Notes: a model not told the origin generated them from the letters alone. 64,000 nucleotides of DNA from Terrimicrobiaceae bacterium (GCA_041752695.1 JBGSVZ010000027.1:1-64000); one strand, 5' to 3'; shown: positions 19,982-30,863, counted from the stretch's first letter. Numbers and translations are program-made.

Positions 19982-20926
19982 ATGTGGAAAGGTTTGGGTT
20001 GCATGGTGGTGTGGTGGGCCCTCCTTCCGTCCCTGCACGCTCTCGCCCCGGGTTGGGAAAAACTGGAGAACTGTCGCCTCGTGGAAGGAGCCCACAGCGA
20101 CGGTGACAGCATCGAAACGGAGTATCACGGCCAGCGCTATGTCTTCCGCCTCTATTTCGTCGACACCATCGAGAAAAATCCGCAGTCGCGCTCCCGCCGC
20201 GCCGGACAGGCCAAATATTTTGCCCTGAACGGTGACGCTACCGAGGCCAAGGCCCTGCAAGCGGCCTATGCGGCCTCGGACTTTACCAAGGAGCAGCTCA
20301 AACGACCGTTCGCCGTTTATACCCGCTGGGAAAAAGTGGATTCCCGCGGCGACAACCCTTCCCTGCGTGCCTTTATCACCACCGCGGAGGGTAAGGATCT
20401 TTCCACCCAACTCGTCGGTGAGGGGCTCGCCATCATCCGCAGCGGACGCCGCTCCGTCGCCGACCATCCCACCGGAGCGACCGTGGACGAAACCCTGCGC
20501 GACCTCCGACGCGCGGAAACCGCCGCGCATCTGGCTGGGCGCGGCGCCTGGGCTTCCTCGCGGGTAAAAACTCCACCTCCCCCCGAAAGCGCGCGGGAAG
20601 TGGCGGCCGGCGACCGCAAAAAACTCCTCTCCCTGGCCGGACACAAAGCCCGCGTGACCGGCCGCATCAGTCGCATCGGCGCCCTGCCGGACGGACGGAT
20701 CACCTTCCTCAACTTCGACGGAAACCAGCGGGAGGATTTTGTCGCCATTGTCCGGGAAGGCTCGCTGCCCGCCTTGAAAAAACATTTTCCCGCCGGCCTG
20801 GAACAGGCACTGGTCGGCCGCGATGTCATTATTGAAGGGCTGATCACCTTATTCCGCGACACTCCGCAAATCGAAATCGAGCACCCCGCGCAAATTTCCC
20901 TTCCTCCGGTTTCGGCGGGACGCTGA
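19982..20926 (+). CDS. Secreted thermonuclease (SNase-like) with C-terminal OB-fold domain
   Basis: Signal peptide; SDGDSI and FRLYFVDTIE SNase motifs, LVGEGLA..AE..A....RGAW; C-terminal VTGRI..TFLNF..GRDVIIEG.I...PQI OB-like pattern. Confidence 0.75.
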   Translation: MWKGLGCMVVWWALLPSLHALAPGWEKLENCRLVEGAHSDGDSIETEYHGQRYVFRLYFVDTIEKNPQSRSRRAGQAKYFALNGDATEAKALQAAYAASDFTKEQLKRPFAVYTRWEKVDSRGDNPSLRAFITTAEGKDLSTQLVGEGLAIIRSGRRSVADHPTGATVDETLRDLRRAETAAHLAGRGAWASSRVKTPPPPESAREVAAGDRKKLLSLAGHKARVTGRISRIGALPDGRITFLNFDGNQREDFVAIVREGSLPALKKHFPAGLEQALVGRDVIIEGLITLFRDTPQIEIEHPAQISLPPVSAGR

Positions 20927-20959
20927 ACATTTCGCTTCGCAAGACGCCAATTTTCCCGC

Positions 20960-22129
20960 ATGGAATCCGGTCCCGTGAGCAGTGCTCCCAAAATCATTCT
21001 CGGCGTGGTGGTCGCGCGCTGGTCGCGTTCCTCCGCGGGTCACACCTGTTCGGTCATGAACTGGGCACTCGGTTTCCGGGCCCTGGGCTGGGAGGTTTAT
21101 TTGGTGGAAAACATTGCCCGCACAAACCTCAGCGAGCCCGCGGTTCCCGGCGGCCCGAGTCCGGAGGAATTATTTTTCCAAGCCACCGCGCGCGAATTTG
21201 GCTGCGCCGATCGTGCCTGCCTGCTTATCGACGGCGAGTCGCCGGACCGCGAGGCGTTTCAGGACTTTGCCTCCGGAGCGGATCTTTTTCTCAATTATTC
21301 CGGCCAGTTCAACCGCCTCGACCTGCTGGGGCCGCACGTGCGAAAACTCTATCTCGATGTCGACCCCGCCTTTACCCAACTCTGGGTCGAGGTCTGCGGC
21401 AGCGACATGAACTTTGCGGGCCATGACGATTTTCTCACCGTGGGGGCCAACATCAACGGTGCCAGCGCCCGCCTGCCCCGTGCCGGCTGTGTCTGGATCC
21501 CCACACCCCCGCCCGTCGTTGCCTCGTATTGGCGCGAGCGACTGGGAGGGGAAGCCGCCCCGGCGGCAGAGGCCCCGTGGACCACGATCGGCCATTGGTA
21601 TGGCTATCCCGAAATGGAATGGCAGGGGCTCAAGTTCGGAGGAAAACGCGAAAGTTTTGTCGCCCTCTGCGACCTCCCGCGCCAGCTTGGTCGTCCCTGC
21701 GCCATCGCCACCGATATGACGGCGGACTGGGATGACTACGCGCTCTTCCAGGAGGCCGGCTGGCAATTTTTTTCCTCGTTAGAAGTCTGTCGGGACATCC
21801 CGACCTATCTGCGTTTTATTGCCTCCAGCCGAGGTGAAATCGGGGTGGCCAAGACGGGCTACATCACCTCACGCGGGGGCTGGTTGAGTGATCGCAGCAT
21901 GATCTATCTGGCCCTCGGCCGACCTGTTCTCCAGCAGGACACCGCCTGGACGGAAGTGTTCCCGCTTGAGGAGGGCCTGCTGCCGTTTACCAATGTTACC
22001 GAGTGCGCGCAGGCTATCGAGCGGGTGGAAGAGAACTATGACAAACAGTGCGCCGCCGCGCACACTTTGGCCGACGGAGTTTTTTCCGCTGAACGGGTTA
22101 TCGGGGATTTACTGACCCGCCTATCGTAA
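20960..22129 (+). CDS. Putative GT-B glycosyltransferase (GT4-like)
   Basis: GFRALGWEVYLVE, YLDVDPAFTQ, SRGEIGVAK.GY...GWLSDRS..YLALGRPV..QDT pattern. Confidence 0.65.
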   Translation: MESGPVSSAPKIILGVVVARWSRSSAGHTCSVMNWALGFRALGWEVYLVENIARTNLSEPAVPGGPSPEELFFQATAREFGCADRACLLIDGESPDREAFQDFASGADLFLNYSGQFNRLDLLGPHVRKLYLDVDPAFTQLWVEVCGSDMNFAGHDDFLTVGANINGASARLPRAGCVWIPTPPPVVASYWRERLGGEAAPAAEAPWTTIGHWYGYPEMEWQGLKFGGKRESFVALCDLPRQLGRPCAIATDMTADWDDYALFQEAGWQFFSSLEVCRDIPTYLRFIASSRGEIGVAKTGYITSRGGWLSDRSMIYLALGRPVLQQDTAWTEVFPLEEGLLPFTNVTECAQAIERVEENYDKQCAAAHTLADGVFSAERVIGDLLTRLS

Positions 22130-22176
22130 TGAAGATTCGCCTTGGAAACAGCCGGACGCAGCCTATCGTACCCATC

Positions 22177-22524
22177 ATGAAGATCAGCCTGTTCCGCCTC
22201 TCCTCTCTGGCGGTCATCGCCACGGTGTTTACCGGGTGTTTTACGGAAGTTTACGGACCAGACGGAGGTTATGTCGCAGCAGGTGCCGGACCTAGGCGCG
22301 CCGGAGTCGTGGTGGATCCTCCCGGACCGGGAGGCATTGCCGTCGGAACGTCGGCTCCCCGCCGTCGGGTCTACGTGGATGAACCTGTCGTCGTTCGCCG
22401 CCAGCCCGCTGTCGTGGTTATTCCCCGCAATTCCCCCCGCGTCATTTATCGAGGCCAGTCGGCCTACTTTTGGAACGGCAACTACTACCGCCGCTCGCGT
22501 GGCGGGTACGTGATTATCCGCTAA
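22177..22524 (+). CDS. Small lipoprotein, Pro/Arg/Tyr-rich, function unknown
   Basis: MKISLFRLSSLAVIATVFTGC lipobox-type signal. Confidence 0.7.
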   Translation: MKISLFRLSSLAVIATVFTGCFTEVYGPDGGYVAAGAGPRRAGVVVDPPGPGGIAVGTSAPRRRVYVDEPVVVRRQPAVVVIPRNSPRVIYRGQSAYFWNGNYYRRSRGGYVIIR

Positions 22525-22545
22525 CCAAGTCCGGCGTCGGAAATC

Positions 22546-23349
22546 ATGGCGTCATCCTCCAGAAGATCCGCCGGGTGCGGGACACGGGTCGCCATCGCGC
22601 TACTCCTCGCCCTGTTTGCCATCGCTTCGTATTATTTCGGCACCGAAAAATTCGAAAACCCGGTCACCGGGCGCAGTCAGCGCGTCGCGCTAAGTCCCAA
22701 GGAAGAAATTGCCTTGGGTCTCAACTCCGCTCCCGAAATGGCCCGCCAGCACGGCGGCCTCCATGCCGACAAACGCCTGCAGGATCTGGTGGACCAGATC
22801 GGCGCGCGTCTTCTCAAGGCCAATCCCGAGCTTAACCAAAGTCCCTACTACTTTGAATTTCATCTGCTGGCGGATCCTAATACTGTCAATGCCTTTGCCC
22901 TGCCGGGCGGACAGGTTTTCATCACGTATGGATTGATGAAACTGCTGAAAAGCGAGGACGAAATCGCCGGAGTTCTCGGTCACGAGGCTGGCCACGTGGT
23001 GGGCCGCCATTCCAACGAACAGATGGCCAAGGCGCAACTTAGCCAGAGCCTCGTTGGCGCGGTGGTCATGGCGGGCGGTCAAGAGTATGGCATGACCGCG
23101 GGTCAGGTTGCGCAGTTTGTCAGTCAGTTAAAAAACACCTCCTACGGCCGCGATCACGAAATTGAATCCGATGTGCTGGGAGTTCGTTTCATGAGGCGCG
23201 CCGGATATGATCCAAAGGCCATGATCAAGGTGATGGAGGTCCTGGCCAAGGCGTCCGGAGGCAAAGGCCCCCCGGAGTTTCTCAGCACGCACCCTGATCC
23301 GGGCAACCGCATCGAACGGATCGAGGAAGAGATTGCAAAGGTGCCTTAG
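22546..23349 (+). CDS. M48-family zinc metallopeptidase
   Basis: NAFALPGG, HEAGH (HExxH), E.ESD, FLSTHP; N-terminal TM helix. Confidence 0.92.
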   Translation: MASSSRRSAGCGTRVAIALLLALFAIASYYFGTEKFENPVTGRSQRVALSPKEEIALGLNSAPEMARQHGGLHADKRLQDLVDQIGARLLKANPELNQSPYYFEFHLLADPNTVNAFALPGGQVFITYGLMKLLKSEDEIAGVLGHEAGHVVGRHSNEQMAKAQLSQSLVGAVVMAGGQEYGMTAGQVAQFVSQLKNTSYGRDHEIESDVLGVRFMRRAGYDPKAMIKVMEVLAKASGGKGPPEFLSTHPDPGNRIERIEEEIAKVP

Positions 23350-23425
23350 CGACCCAAGTCGCAGAGTGAGGTCCTCGCGCCTCGAAGGGATGCCCTTTCA
23401 GGGAGAACCACATGGAATTCGAAGT

Positions 23426-24175
23426 TTACTGGCGGGGATGTGCACTGAAGAACGTCCAGATTTGCGGGGTGATTCCGTTGGCGTTGGCCCAGTCGTGACC
23501 CAGGTTGGGAATCTCGAGATACTTCACAAAATGGCCCTCGGACTCGTAAGCGTCGCGGGCCTCCGCCGCGCGAATCACCGGAATTGAAGGGTCCTGTGCG
23601 CCATGAATGATGAAGACGGGGTATTTAAGGACAGCATTGATCCCCGCTTCCGCCCATTGGCGCAGCGTCCCGGAATGCGGAGCAATGGCTGCAATCGTTT
23701 CGGCCCGCTCGGCCGCCAGAAGATGGGCAAAGCTAGCGCCGTTCGACATCCCCGTCACAAAAACGCGATCGGGATCAATGGAAAACCGGGTTTTCACTTT
23801 GGCCAGGATTGCATCGAACATCTTGATATCATTCATCGCCGTTTCGAGTTCCACCCCCCAAAGGCCATTCAGGGCATCCGGGCATACCAGAATAAAATTG
23901 CCGGATATCGCCATCTGATTAAATCCCGTATTGGTGGCGAATTTCGAACCCGTCCCGCCCCCGCCGTGAAAACCAAAAACGATCGAAGTCGGCTTCGACG
24001 CTCTCACGCTCCGGGGAACATCCATCCGATACGTGCGCGGTTGACCGTTCACGGTTACCGATTCGGTAAGGTAGACCTTGGAATCAGGTTTTGGTCGTCG
24101 TGCCTCGCTGTTGGTTATGGTTATGCCCATTCCAGCCACAACCAACAAAATCGTCCATCTGCGCATATCAGGCAT
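23426..24175 (-). CDS. Secreted alpha/beta-hydrolase (PHB depolymerase/LpqC-like esterase)
   Basis: Signal peptide, FHGGGG, GMSNG nucleophile elbow, HGAQD, GHDW. Confidence 0.82.
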   Translation of the reverse strand: MPDMRRWTILLVVAGMGITITNSEARRPKPDSKVYLTESVTVNGQPRTYRMDVPRSVRASKPTSIVFGFHGGGGTGSKFATNTGFNQMAISGNFILVCPDALNGLWGVELETAMNDIKMFDAILAKVKTRFSIDPDRVFVTGMSNGASFAHLLAAERAETIAAIAPHSGTLRQWAEAGINAVLKYPVFIIHGAQDPSIPVIRAAEARDAYESEGHFVKYLEIPNLGHDWANANGITPQIWTFFSAHPRQ

Positions 24176-24485
24176 GCCCCTCCTTCGATTGGATCTTGGT
24201 AAATGGCAACCGCTTTTTTGGCCTTTCCAATCATTCTAACCCGCAGATGCTGAGGGCCTTAGCTAATTACCAGTTGCATGGACATTTCTCTGGAACTCTT
24301 TGGCTTCGCTCAATGTCATGGTGATTTTGAAGGTCCGCTCAAGGGTATGGTGCGTCACGTTGGGAAACCCGCATAGAGCCGCCCGCGGGGAAGCACAAAC
24401 TCCCTGTGATTCCATCCCCGGAAAACAACGCTTTTTTATTTCCCGCCAAGGCCGGTTCTTCTTTTATCCCTGTCTCGAGTACCGC

Positions 24486-24725
24486 ATGCCCTCACCGACC
24501 CATCATCCCCGCGACCCTCTGCATGGTGTGACCCTGGAAACCATCCTCACCCAGCTGCACGCGAAATACGGCTGGGAGGAAATGGGGCGGCGCATTAAAA
24601 TTCGCTGCTTCACCCACGACCCCAGCATCAAATCCAGTCTCACCTTCCTGCGCAAAACTCCCTGGGCCCGCGAGAAGGTCGAGATGTGGTACCTGCGCGA
24701 ACATTGGACCAATCAGAAATCCTGA
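24486..24725 (+). CDS. VF530/DUF2132-family small protein
   Basis: [13 protein letters not shown]...YGW......[25 protein letters not shown] signature. Confidence 0.88.
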   Translation: MPSPTHHPRDPLHGVTLETILTQLHAKYGWEEMGRRIKIRCFTHDPSIKSSLTFLRKTPWAREKVEMWYLREHWTNQKS

Positions 24726-24777
24726 ACCTTGCCCGACGGTCAGGATGCGATGTGCCCGGCGCGTCGTCCCGGCAGGC

Positions 24778-25578
24778 TCAGCGTTTCCGCGCATCCATCC
24801 AATGTCGGAGCGTGGTTTTGCCGTCCGCCAGATAGGAGCTCTTGAGATAAAGGCGCTCGAACTGGGGAGAGACCGACCTTGCGCCGTCGAGACAGATCTC
24901 GACATAGAACGGGTTGGGAAGGAGCTGGTTGTCGATCACCCGGCGGCCATTCACGACGGGATCCTCCGCGACCAGAACATACGCAATAAAGGGCTCGGCG
25001 GTTTTGTCGTCCCACCGCACGCAAGCGACCGGCCGTAAGTGATAGCCATATTCCCGTTCCCGCATTCCCGCCAGATCGCGAGCTTTCACGGCAATGAGCC
25101 GACCATTGATCACGTCATCCGCTTTTCCTGTCACCACGACATTGGACGCCGCGCGTTCGCGGCTGTCCCGGGGGGTGTTCAACTCGGCCAGCACTTTTGG
25201 CGGGATGACATAATTAAAGACACGTTTCGCTCCCGCCGCCAGGACGGGCGCAAAATCCTGTTCCTCCGCCCGCTCAATGGTTTCCGCGGCGGATTCCCGG
25301 CTCATCAGGCTTCCATAGCCGACGACGAGAATCTGGGCTCCCGGCTGCTGGGCCAGATACGCCTCAAGTCCGCTCCACGGGAAGGCAAAACCCGGCGCAT
25401 CCAGCCGGGCGGAAGCGGCCGCGAGATGGAGCTGTTGTTTTTCGGTGATGAGGGAGTCTGGGGACTTTTCGGGCCCGGACTGGCAGCCGACAAATATTGC
25501 TACACAGCCAGTAAGCAATGCGAGAAGGAGGGCCGCCCGAGAAGGGGGAGGAGCGGGAGGCTGGCTGATTGAAGGCAT
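24778..25578 (-). CDS. Putative lipoprotein with gamma-glutamylcyclotransferase-like fold
   Basis: Hydrophobic signal ending FVGC; VVGYGSLM motif; RERE.GY. Confidence 0.6.
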   Translation of the reverse strand: MPSISQPPAPPPSRAALLLALLTGCVAIFVGCQSGPEKSPDSLITEKQQLHLAAASARLDAPGFAFPWSGLEAYLAQQPGAQILVVGYGSLMSRESAAETIERAEEQDFAPVLAAGAKRVFNYVIPPKVLAELNTPRDSRERAASNVVVTGKADDVINGRLIAVKARDLAGMREREYGYHLRPVACVRWDDKTAEPFIAYVLVAEDPVVNGRRVIDNQLLPNPFYVEICLDGARSVSPQFERLYLKSSYLADGKTTLRHWMDARKR

Positions 25579-25824
25579 AGAAAAAGCATGCTGCGAGTCC
25601 TGCCAGGAGGATTCAATCTGTAATTTCGGGGAGGGGGAAGACTGCCTTTTCCGCTTTTCGAAACCTTAGGGGGTGTCCGAAAAATTTCCATTAAACCCTC
25701 TTTTAGAGCCAGGCGAGAACGCCGATCACCCTCCCGGACGGCGTTAAAATCTTCCAGCGCATTACCGGGAGCCGTTCTGGTGCAACCCTGAGACTTACGG
25801 CATGGGATTTGCTGAACCAGCCTC

Positions 25825-27423
25825 ATGAAATCACCCTCGGGATTCATGCTTCCTACCATGGTGGCAGGGCTCTTTGCTTTCGCCTTGCACCTTATGCCCG
25901 GCTTGTCGCGGGCGGAGGGAGGCAAACATCCCGGCGTGGTTTTTTCCGGGGTCGATGCCAATTATTCGCTGGGAATGGAGCGGGACGGCCAGCAGTGGCT
26001 GTGGTCGGGAACGACCGGCGATCTGTTTCAGGGCATGGCCAGTCGGGGGGTCCGCGGTCTGCGCATCCGGCTCTGGACCAGCGACGAAGGCGTGAATGGA
26101 AAAACCTATGCGACCGAGGTCGTGAAGCGCGGCCTGGCCGCGGGTCTTGAGCCGTATCTGGTGATTTTCCTCAGCGAGGATTGGGCGGATCTGATGAAAC
26201 AACCCGCTCCCGCCATTTGGAAGGACCTGGAGATTCCGGCACGGGCGGAGGCGATCACCACCTATTCCCGCGAGATTGTCCGCCATTTCCGCCAGGAGGG
26301 GCTGCGCAGCCATCTTTACGAAATCGGCAATGAAATCGATTACGGAATCTGCGGGGTGTATCCGGGCAAAAACACCCGGAAGACCCCCGAGAGCCTCAGC
26401 CGCAAACACTGGCCGGAAGCTGCGGAGTTGATCAAGGCCAGCCAGAAGGGGGTGAGGGAAGCTGATCCCGAGGCAAAGTTTCTGCTGCACATCGCGCACT
26501 GGTGGGACGAATCTTTTTGCATCGAATTTTTTCGCTTCATGCTCGGGCAAGGCGTCCAGATGGATTTTGCGGGCCTTTCGTATTTCCCATCTTCGAATAT
26601 CGGCGGCTCGCTGGAGATGGAGCAATTCGGCCAAGTGGTGACCCGACTCCACGCCGCCACCGGCCTGCGAGTGATTGTGCCGGAGACGGCGTACCCGAGC
26701 ACAGAGGCCTTCACCGGCCAGTTTTCCCGTTGGAAGAAGGACGCCCCTGGGTATCCGCTCACGCCGGAGGGACAGTACCGCTGGCTCGCGGATTTTCTGG
26801 CCTTCGCCGCCCATCATCCGTCCATCGCGGCCGTCTATTACTGGAGTCCGGAATGGTGTGGTGAGGGAATGTGGAAGGCCTTCGCGCTCTTTGATTCCCA
26901 GGGGCTTGCCAAACCCGCCTGGCAGGCTTTCGCCCGGAACCCGAACGAAGTGTCCAAACCGAAGACGCCGGTGTTTTTCGAGATCGCGGGGGAGTGCTTG
27001 TACCGCGTTCCGGTGCCCGACGCCCAATCCCAGGCGGCACCGATCCTCGCGGAGCACAGGAAGCAAGCCGGGGGACTCACTAAGGACTACATCAAGGCCA
27101 TTACGGAAGCGGACCTCGTGGTCGGGGACTACCGGGTGAACTTGCGCGCGTCCCTCTCGGGCAATCTCCACCTTGTGAGGGAAACCGAAGGACAGACTCC
27201 CGCGGGCGACTGGCAGGCCTTGCTCAAGAACATCAGCCCCAGTCAGGAGCGGGCGGTGGTTTTTGTGCGCGAACCCTCTCCGCCGCTGCTGGATGACCTG
27301 CTGGACTTCGCCAAACAGAATCACATCGAAATGGTGGTGCATGAAAAGAATCCGGATGCGCCGCTAATTTTCGGTCTCGCCAGCTCCGCTTCGCAAACCC
27401 CGTCAGACCCCGCGACCGAGTAA
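25825..27423 (+). CDS. GH53 endo-beta-1,4-galactanase-like protein with about 160-aa C-terminal extension
   Basis: GVDANY, RIRLW, DWAD...Q..P..W, IGNEI (acid/base), GLSYFP, ETAYP (nucleophile), YWSPEW. Confidence 0.8.
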   Translation: MKSPSGFMLPTMVAGLFAFALHLMPGLSRAEGGKHPGVVFSGVDANYSLGMERDGQQWLWSGTTGDLFQGMASRGVRGLRIRLWTSDEGVNGKTYATEVVKRGLAAGLEPYLVIFLSEDWADLMKQPAPAIWKDLEIPARAEAITTYSREIVRHFRQEGLRSHLYEIGNEIDYGICGVYPGKNTRKTPESLSRKHWPEAAELIKASQKGVREADPEAKFLLHIAHWWDESFCIEFFRFMLGQGVQMDFAGLSYFPSSNIGGSLEMEQFGQVVTRLHAATGLRVIVPETAYPSTEAFTGQFSRWKKDAPGYPLTPEGQYRWLADFLAFAAHHPSIAAVYYWSPEWCGEGMWKAFALFDSQGLAKPAWQAFARNPNEVSKPKTPVFFEIAGECLYRVPVPDAQSQAAPILAEHRKQAGGLTKDYIKAITEADLVVGDYRVNLRASLSGNLHLVRETEGQTPAGDWQALLKNISPSQERAVVFVREPSPPLLDDLLDFAKQNHIEMVVHEKNPDAPLIFGLASSASQTPSDPATE

Positions 27424-27492
27424 TCCGCAGGGACAACCTCTCCGCCCCGTCCTTGACGAATCGGCGGGACTTGATGGAATGACATTCCTGGC

Positions 27493-28359
27493 ATGAAACG
27501 GCCTGTAAAATTTCCCGGAATTTGGAGCGCGTTTCTGGGATGGGGTTTGCTCCTCGGCACGGTGGCCCCCCTTTTTTCCCAGGAGGCGGAAATGCCGATC
27601 GTTCCCCTTCCGCTTTCTCCCAATCCCATGGCGGAGGCCCTGCGGCGCGAGATGGAGGATCGCGCGCTGCGGATGCGGTTTTTTGAGGCCATTGCATCCA
27701 ACGACCGCCCTGCCATCGCCGACCTTCTGGCGGGTGGCCTGGATCCGAATACGACCCTGCCCGTGCCGGTGACAACGGAGTTCGCCAAACGCTTCGCGGA
27801 CGAGCGATTGCGGTATTATCTGACGAAGGAACAGGGGTTCACCGGGCTGATGCTGGCAACCTCCCTGGGAAACCTGGAGCTGGTGCGTTCCCTACTGCTG
27901 GCGGGAGCCGATCCGTGGCGCATGACCAAACGCCACGGCACGTATGCTCTCTGGTTGGCGGGGAAATACGGGCACGTCGAAATCATGCGCAGCCTCATGA
28001 GCATAGGGCCCGAGCACGCGTCCATGGCCTGGCACATCGACATCGACCTGCCCGCGCAGAAGGCCCGGGTCTGGCACGAGGGGCGCATGGTGGTGGCGAC
28101 GCCGATCTCCTCCGGGCGAAAATCTCACCCGACCCCGACTGGTCGTTATCTGGTGACGGACAAATACAAAATGTGGAAATCAACCCTTTACGACGCGAAG
28201 ATGCCGTTCTTTCTGCGCCTGTCCTGCGGGGATTTCGGCCTGCATCAGGGGGTCTTGCCCGGTCGTCCGGCGTCGCACGGCTGCATTCGCCTGCCCGCCA
28301 AGGCGGCCAAGGAACTTTTCGCCATCGTCCCGATTGGCACGCTGGTCGAGATCAAATGA
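27493..28359 (+). CDS. Ankyrin-repeat / L,D-transpeptidase (YkuD) fusion
   Basis: GFTGLMLA...GNLELVRSLLLAGAD ankyrin repeats; ISSGR...TPTG, GLHQG...ASHGCIRL catalytic motif; signal peptide. Confidence 0.88.
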   Translation: MKRPVKFPGIWSAFLGWGLLLGTVAPLFSQEAEMPIVPLPLSPNPMAEALRREMEDRALRMRFFEAIASNDRPAIADLLAGGLDPNTTLPVPVTTEFAKRFADERLRYYLTKEQGFTGLMLATSLGNLELVRSLLLAGADPWRMTKRHGTYALWLAGKYGHVEIMRSLMSIGPEHASMAWHIDIDLPAQKARVWHEGRMVVATPISSGRKSHPTPTGRYLVTDKYKMWKSTLYDAKMPFFLRLSCGDFGLHQGVLPGRPASHGCIRLPAKAAKELFAIVPIGTLVEIK

Positions 28360-28453
28360 CCCCTGAAAGCCGAGGAATCAACCGAGGTTTCAGTTTCCTG
28401 ATTCTGGCTTCGGGCAGGCCTCGGTCCGCCCGGATATCGGCGCAACCCGACTT

Positions 28454-29137
28454 TTATTTCCCGTCGATGCGATTCATGTGCCGCGTGTCTTCGGCGCTGA
28501 TCGCATAGACCGTGTCCTCGCCGATATTTTTGGCCTGATCGCCGATGCGCTCCAGGAAGCGGGCCATAAAAATAAGGTCCATGTAACTCGGGATAAGCTC
28601 GACCTTTTTTCCCATCAGATCGGTGATCTTCTCGGCGAACCGCCGGTTCATTTCGTCGAGTTCGCGGTCGCGATCCTGCAGGCCGCGAGCGAGTTCGATA
28701 TCGCGGTTGGCGAACGCACGCACCGCATCTTTCACCATCAAATCGGAGAAGGTGAAGAGGGGCTCGAGTCCCTGAATTTCCGTCACTTCCGGACGGACAA
28801 TCAGCTTGCGAGCGCGCCGGGCAATATTCACGGCCTGGTCGGCGATGCGCTCCAGGTTGACGCTCAATTTCATCGTCGCGATGACATTGCGCATGTCGGA
28901 GGCAAGGGGGTGGAAGCGCATCATGATATTGATGCCATCGCGGTCCACCTGGACTTCCAGTGTGTCGATCTCCTCGTCGTCCGCGATCACGGTGTTGCAC
29001 CAATCCTCGTCGCGCTCGAAGAGGCCCTTGCGGGTGTTTTCGAGATTGCGTTCCGTGAGGCTGGCCATCATGAGGACGTCGTTGCGCAGGGCGCGCAGGG
29101 CGTCTTCGAAAGTGGTCAGAATGTGGGTCTGGTTCAT
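28454..29137 (-). CDS. phoU: Phosphate signalling protein PhoU
   Basis: Two LERI(A/G)D repeats, DEEID, PLASDMR; last gene of the pst operon. Confidence 0.95.
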   Translation of the reverse strand: MNQTHILTTFEDALRALRNDVLMMASLTERNLENTRKGLFERDEDWCNTVIADDEEIDTLEVQVDRDGINIMMRFHPLASDMRNVIATMKLSVNLERIADQAVNIARRARKLIVRPEVTEIQGLEPLFTFSDLMVKDAVRAFANRDIELARGLQDRDRELDEMNRRFAEKITDLMGKKVELIPSYMDLIFMARFLERIGDQAKNIGEDTVYAISAEDTRHMNRIDGK

Positions 29138-29142
29138 GGGGA

Positions 29143-29973
29143 TCAACCGAATCGGCCGGTAATATAATCTTCGGTTTGCTTCTCGCCGGGATTGGAGAAG
29201 ATTTTCTGCGTTTCGTCGAACTCGATGAGTTTACCGAGGTAAAAAAAGGCGGTCTTGTCGGAGCAGCGAGTGGCCTGCTGCATGTTGTGAGTCACGATCA
29301 CGATCGTAAACTGGCGTTTTAACTCGTGGATCAAGTCCTCCACCTTGGCCGTCGCAATGGGGTCGAGCGCGGAGCAGGGTTCGTCCATCAGAAGCACATC
29401 GGGTTGATTCGCGATGGCGCGGGCGATACAGAGTCGCTGCATCTGGCCGCCGGAAAGTCCCAAGGCACTATCGTGCAGACGATCCTTGGCTTCCTCCCAC
29501 AGAGCGGCACCCCGGAGACTGCGTTCGACGGCCTCATCAAGGATGCTTTTGGATTTCACCCCGGCGATCCGGAGGGAATAAACGATATTTTCGTAGATGG
29601 ATTTCGGAAAGGGATTCGACTTCTGGAAAACCATTCCGATGCTGCGGCGCAGGGCGATCACCTCGATCTTTTTGTCGTAAATGCTGCGGCCGTTCAACAA
29701 GATGTCCCCCTCATGATGGATGCCATCAATGAGTTCGTTCATCCGGTTAAAGTTGCGCAGCAGGGTGGACTTGCCGCAGCCGGACGGACCAATGAACGCC
29801 GTGACCTGACGCTCGGGAATCTCCATGTTCACCTGGTAAAGCGCCTGCTTCTTGCCGTAGTGAAAATTGAAATCGACGACCTTGAGGAAGTCGGCACGAG
29901 GCTCCGGCTGGTCAGACATGGTGGTGGAACTTGAGGCGGACTGAGTAGGCGATTGGTCCATGGTTTCGAGCAT
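29143..29973 (-). CDS. pstB: Phosphate ABC transporter ATPase
   Basis: [39 protein letters not shown]. Confidence 0.97.
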   Translation of the reverse strand: MLETMDQSPTQSASSSTTMSDQPEPRADFLKVVDFNFHYGKKQALYQVNMEIPERQVTAFIGPSGCGKSTLLRNFNRMNELIDGIHHEGDILLNGRSIYDKKIEVIALRRSIGMVFQKSNPFPKSIYENIVYSLRIAGVKSKSILDEAVERSLRGAALWEEAKDRLHDSALGLSGGQMQRLCIARAIANQPDVLLMDEPCSALDPIATAKVEDLIHELKRQFTIVIVTHNMQQATRCSDKTAFFYLGKLIEFDETQKIFSNPGEKQTEDYITGRFG

Positions 29974-29980
29974 AGGTCGG

Positions 29981-30862
29981 TTACTTTTTCCGGAAAACAA
30001 CCTGCGCGCTGACGTTAGCAAGGGTGACAAGAATCACCAGCACCAATGAGGCTGTCCAAGCCATCTGCTTCTGATGGTCGTCGAAGGTTGTGGAAAAATT
30101 GTAGATCAACACCGACAGGGAAGCGGTGGGTTCTTTGAGCGACTGGATCCAGTATTGGCTGAAAAGCGCGGTGAAGAGAAGTGGGGCCGTCTCCCCCGCT
30201 GCGCGAGCCACCGCCAGCATCACCCCGGTCATCATCGCGGGCAAAGCATCCGGCAGGACGATGCGCCAGATGGTTTGGAAATTGGTCGCACCGAGTCCGT
30301 AGGAGGCCTCGCGGAAAGCCTTGGGCACACCGAGTAACGCCTGTTCGGCGGTCAGCAGAATGGTGGGGAGGACGAGGATGGCGAGGGCGAACCCGCCGGC
30401 CCATGCCGAAAAGCCGCCCGTGGCGAGAACCACCACGGCATAGGCAAAGACACCGGAGATAATCGACGGAATCCCGGTAAGCAGCTTGGCGACAAAACGC
30501 ACCGCATTGGAGAGCCGGGCCGCCGGGGCATATTCATTGATGTAAATGGCCGAAAGGATGCCAAAGGGCGTAGCGAGGATCAGGGCCAGCCCGACCATGA
30601 GAGCCGTGCCCACGATGGCGTTTCCAAAGCCCCCGCCCTTATTGCCCGGCGCGGGCGGGAGCTGGGTGAGGGCGTCCCAAGTGAGCAGGGGAAGGCCATT
30701 CTTCAAGACCAGGAAGACGATGGAAAACAGCGGAATGAGCGTCAGGAACGCCAGTCCCACGCAGATGCAGTTGAGGACCTTGTTACCCAGCGAGCGACGG
30801 AGGGAGCCGCCAGCGCTCGCCTTGGAAAGAAAATCGGAAGGGGTGGCAGTCGAGGTGGTCAT
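29981..30862 (-). CDS. pstA: Phosphate ABC transporter permease
   Basis: [24 protein letters not shown]. Confidence 0.95.
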   Translation of the reverse strand: MTTSTATPSDFLSKASAGGSLRRSLGNKVLNCICVGLAFLTLIPLFSIVFLVLKNGLPLLTWDALTQLPPAPGNKGGGFGNAIVGTALMVGLALILATPFGILSAIYINEYAPAARLSNAVRFVAKLLTGIPSIISGVFAYAVVVLATGGFSAWAGGFALAILVLPTILLTAEQALLGVPKAFREASYGLGATNFQTIWRIVLPDALPAMMTGVMLAVARAAGETAPLLFTALFSQYWIQSLKEPTASLSVLIYNFSTTFDDHQKQMAWTASLVLVILVTLANVSAQVVFRKK

Positions 30863-30863
30863 G

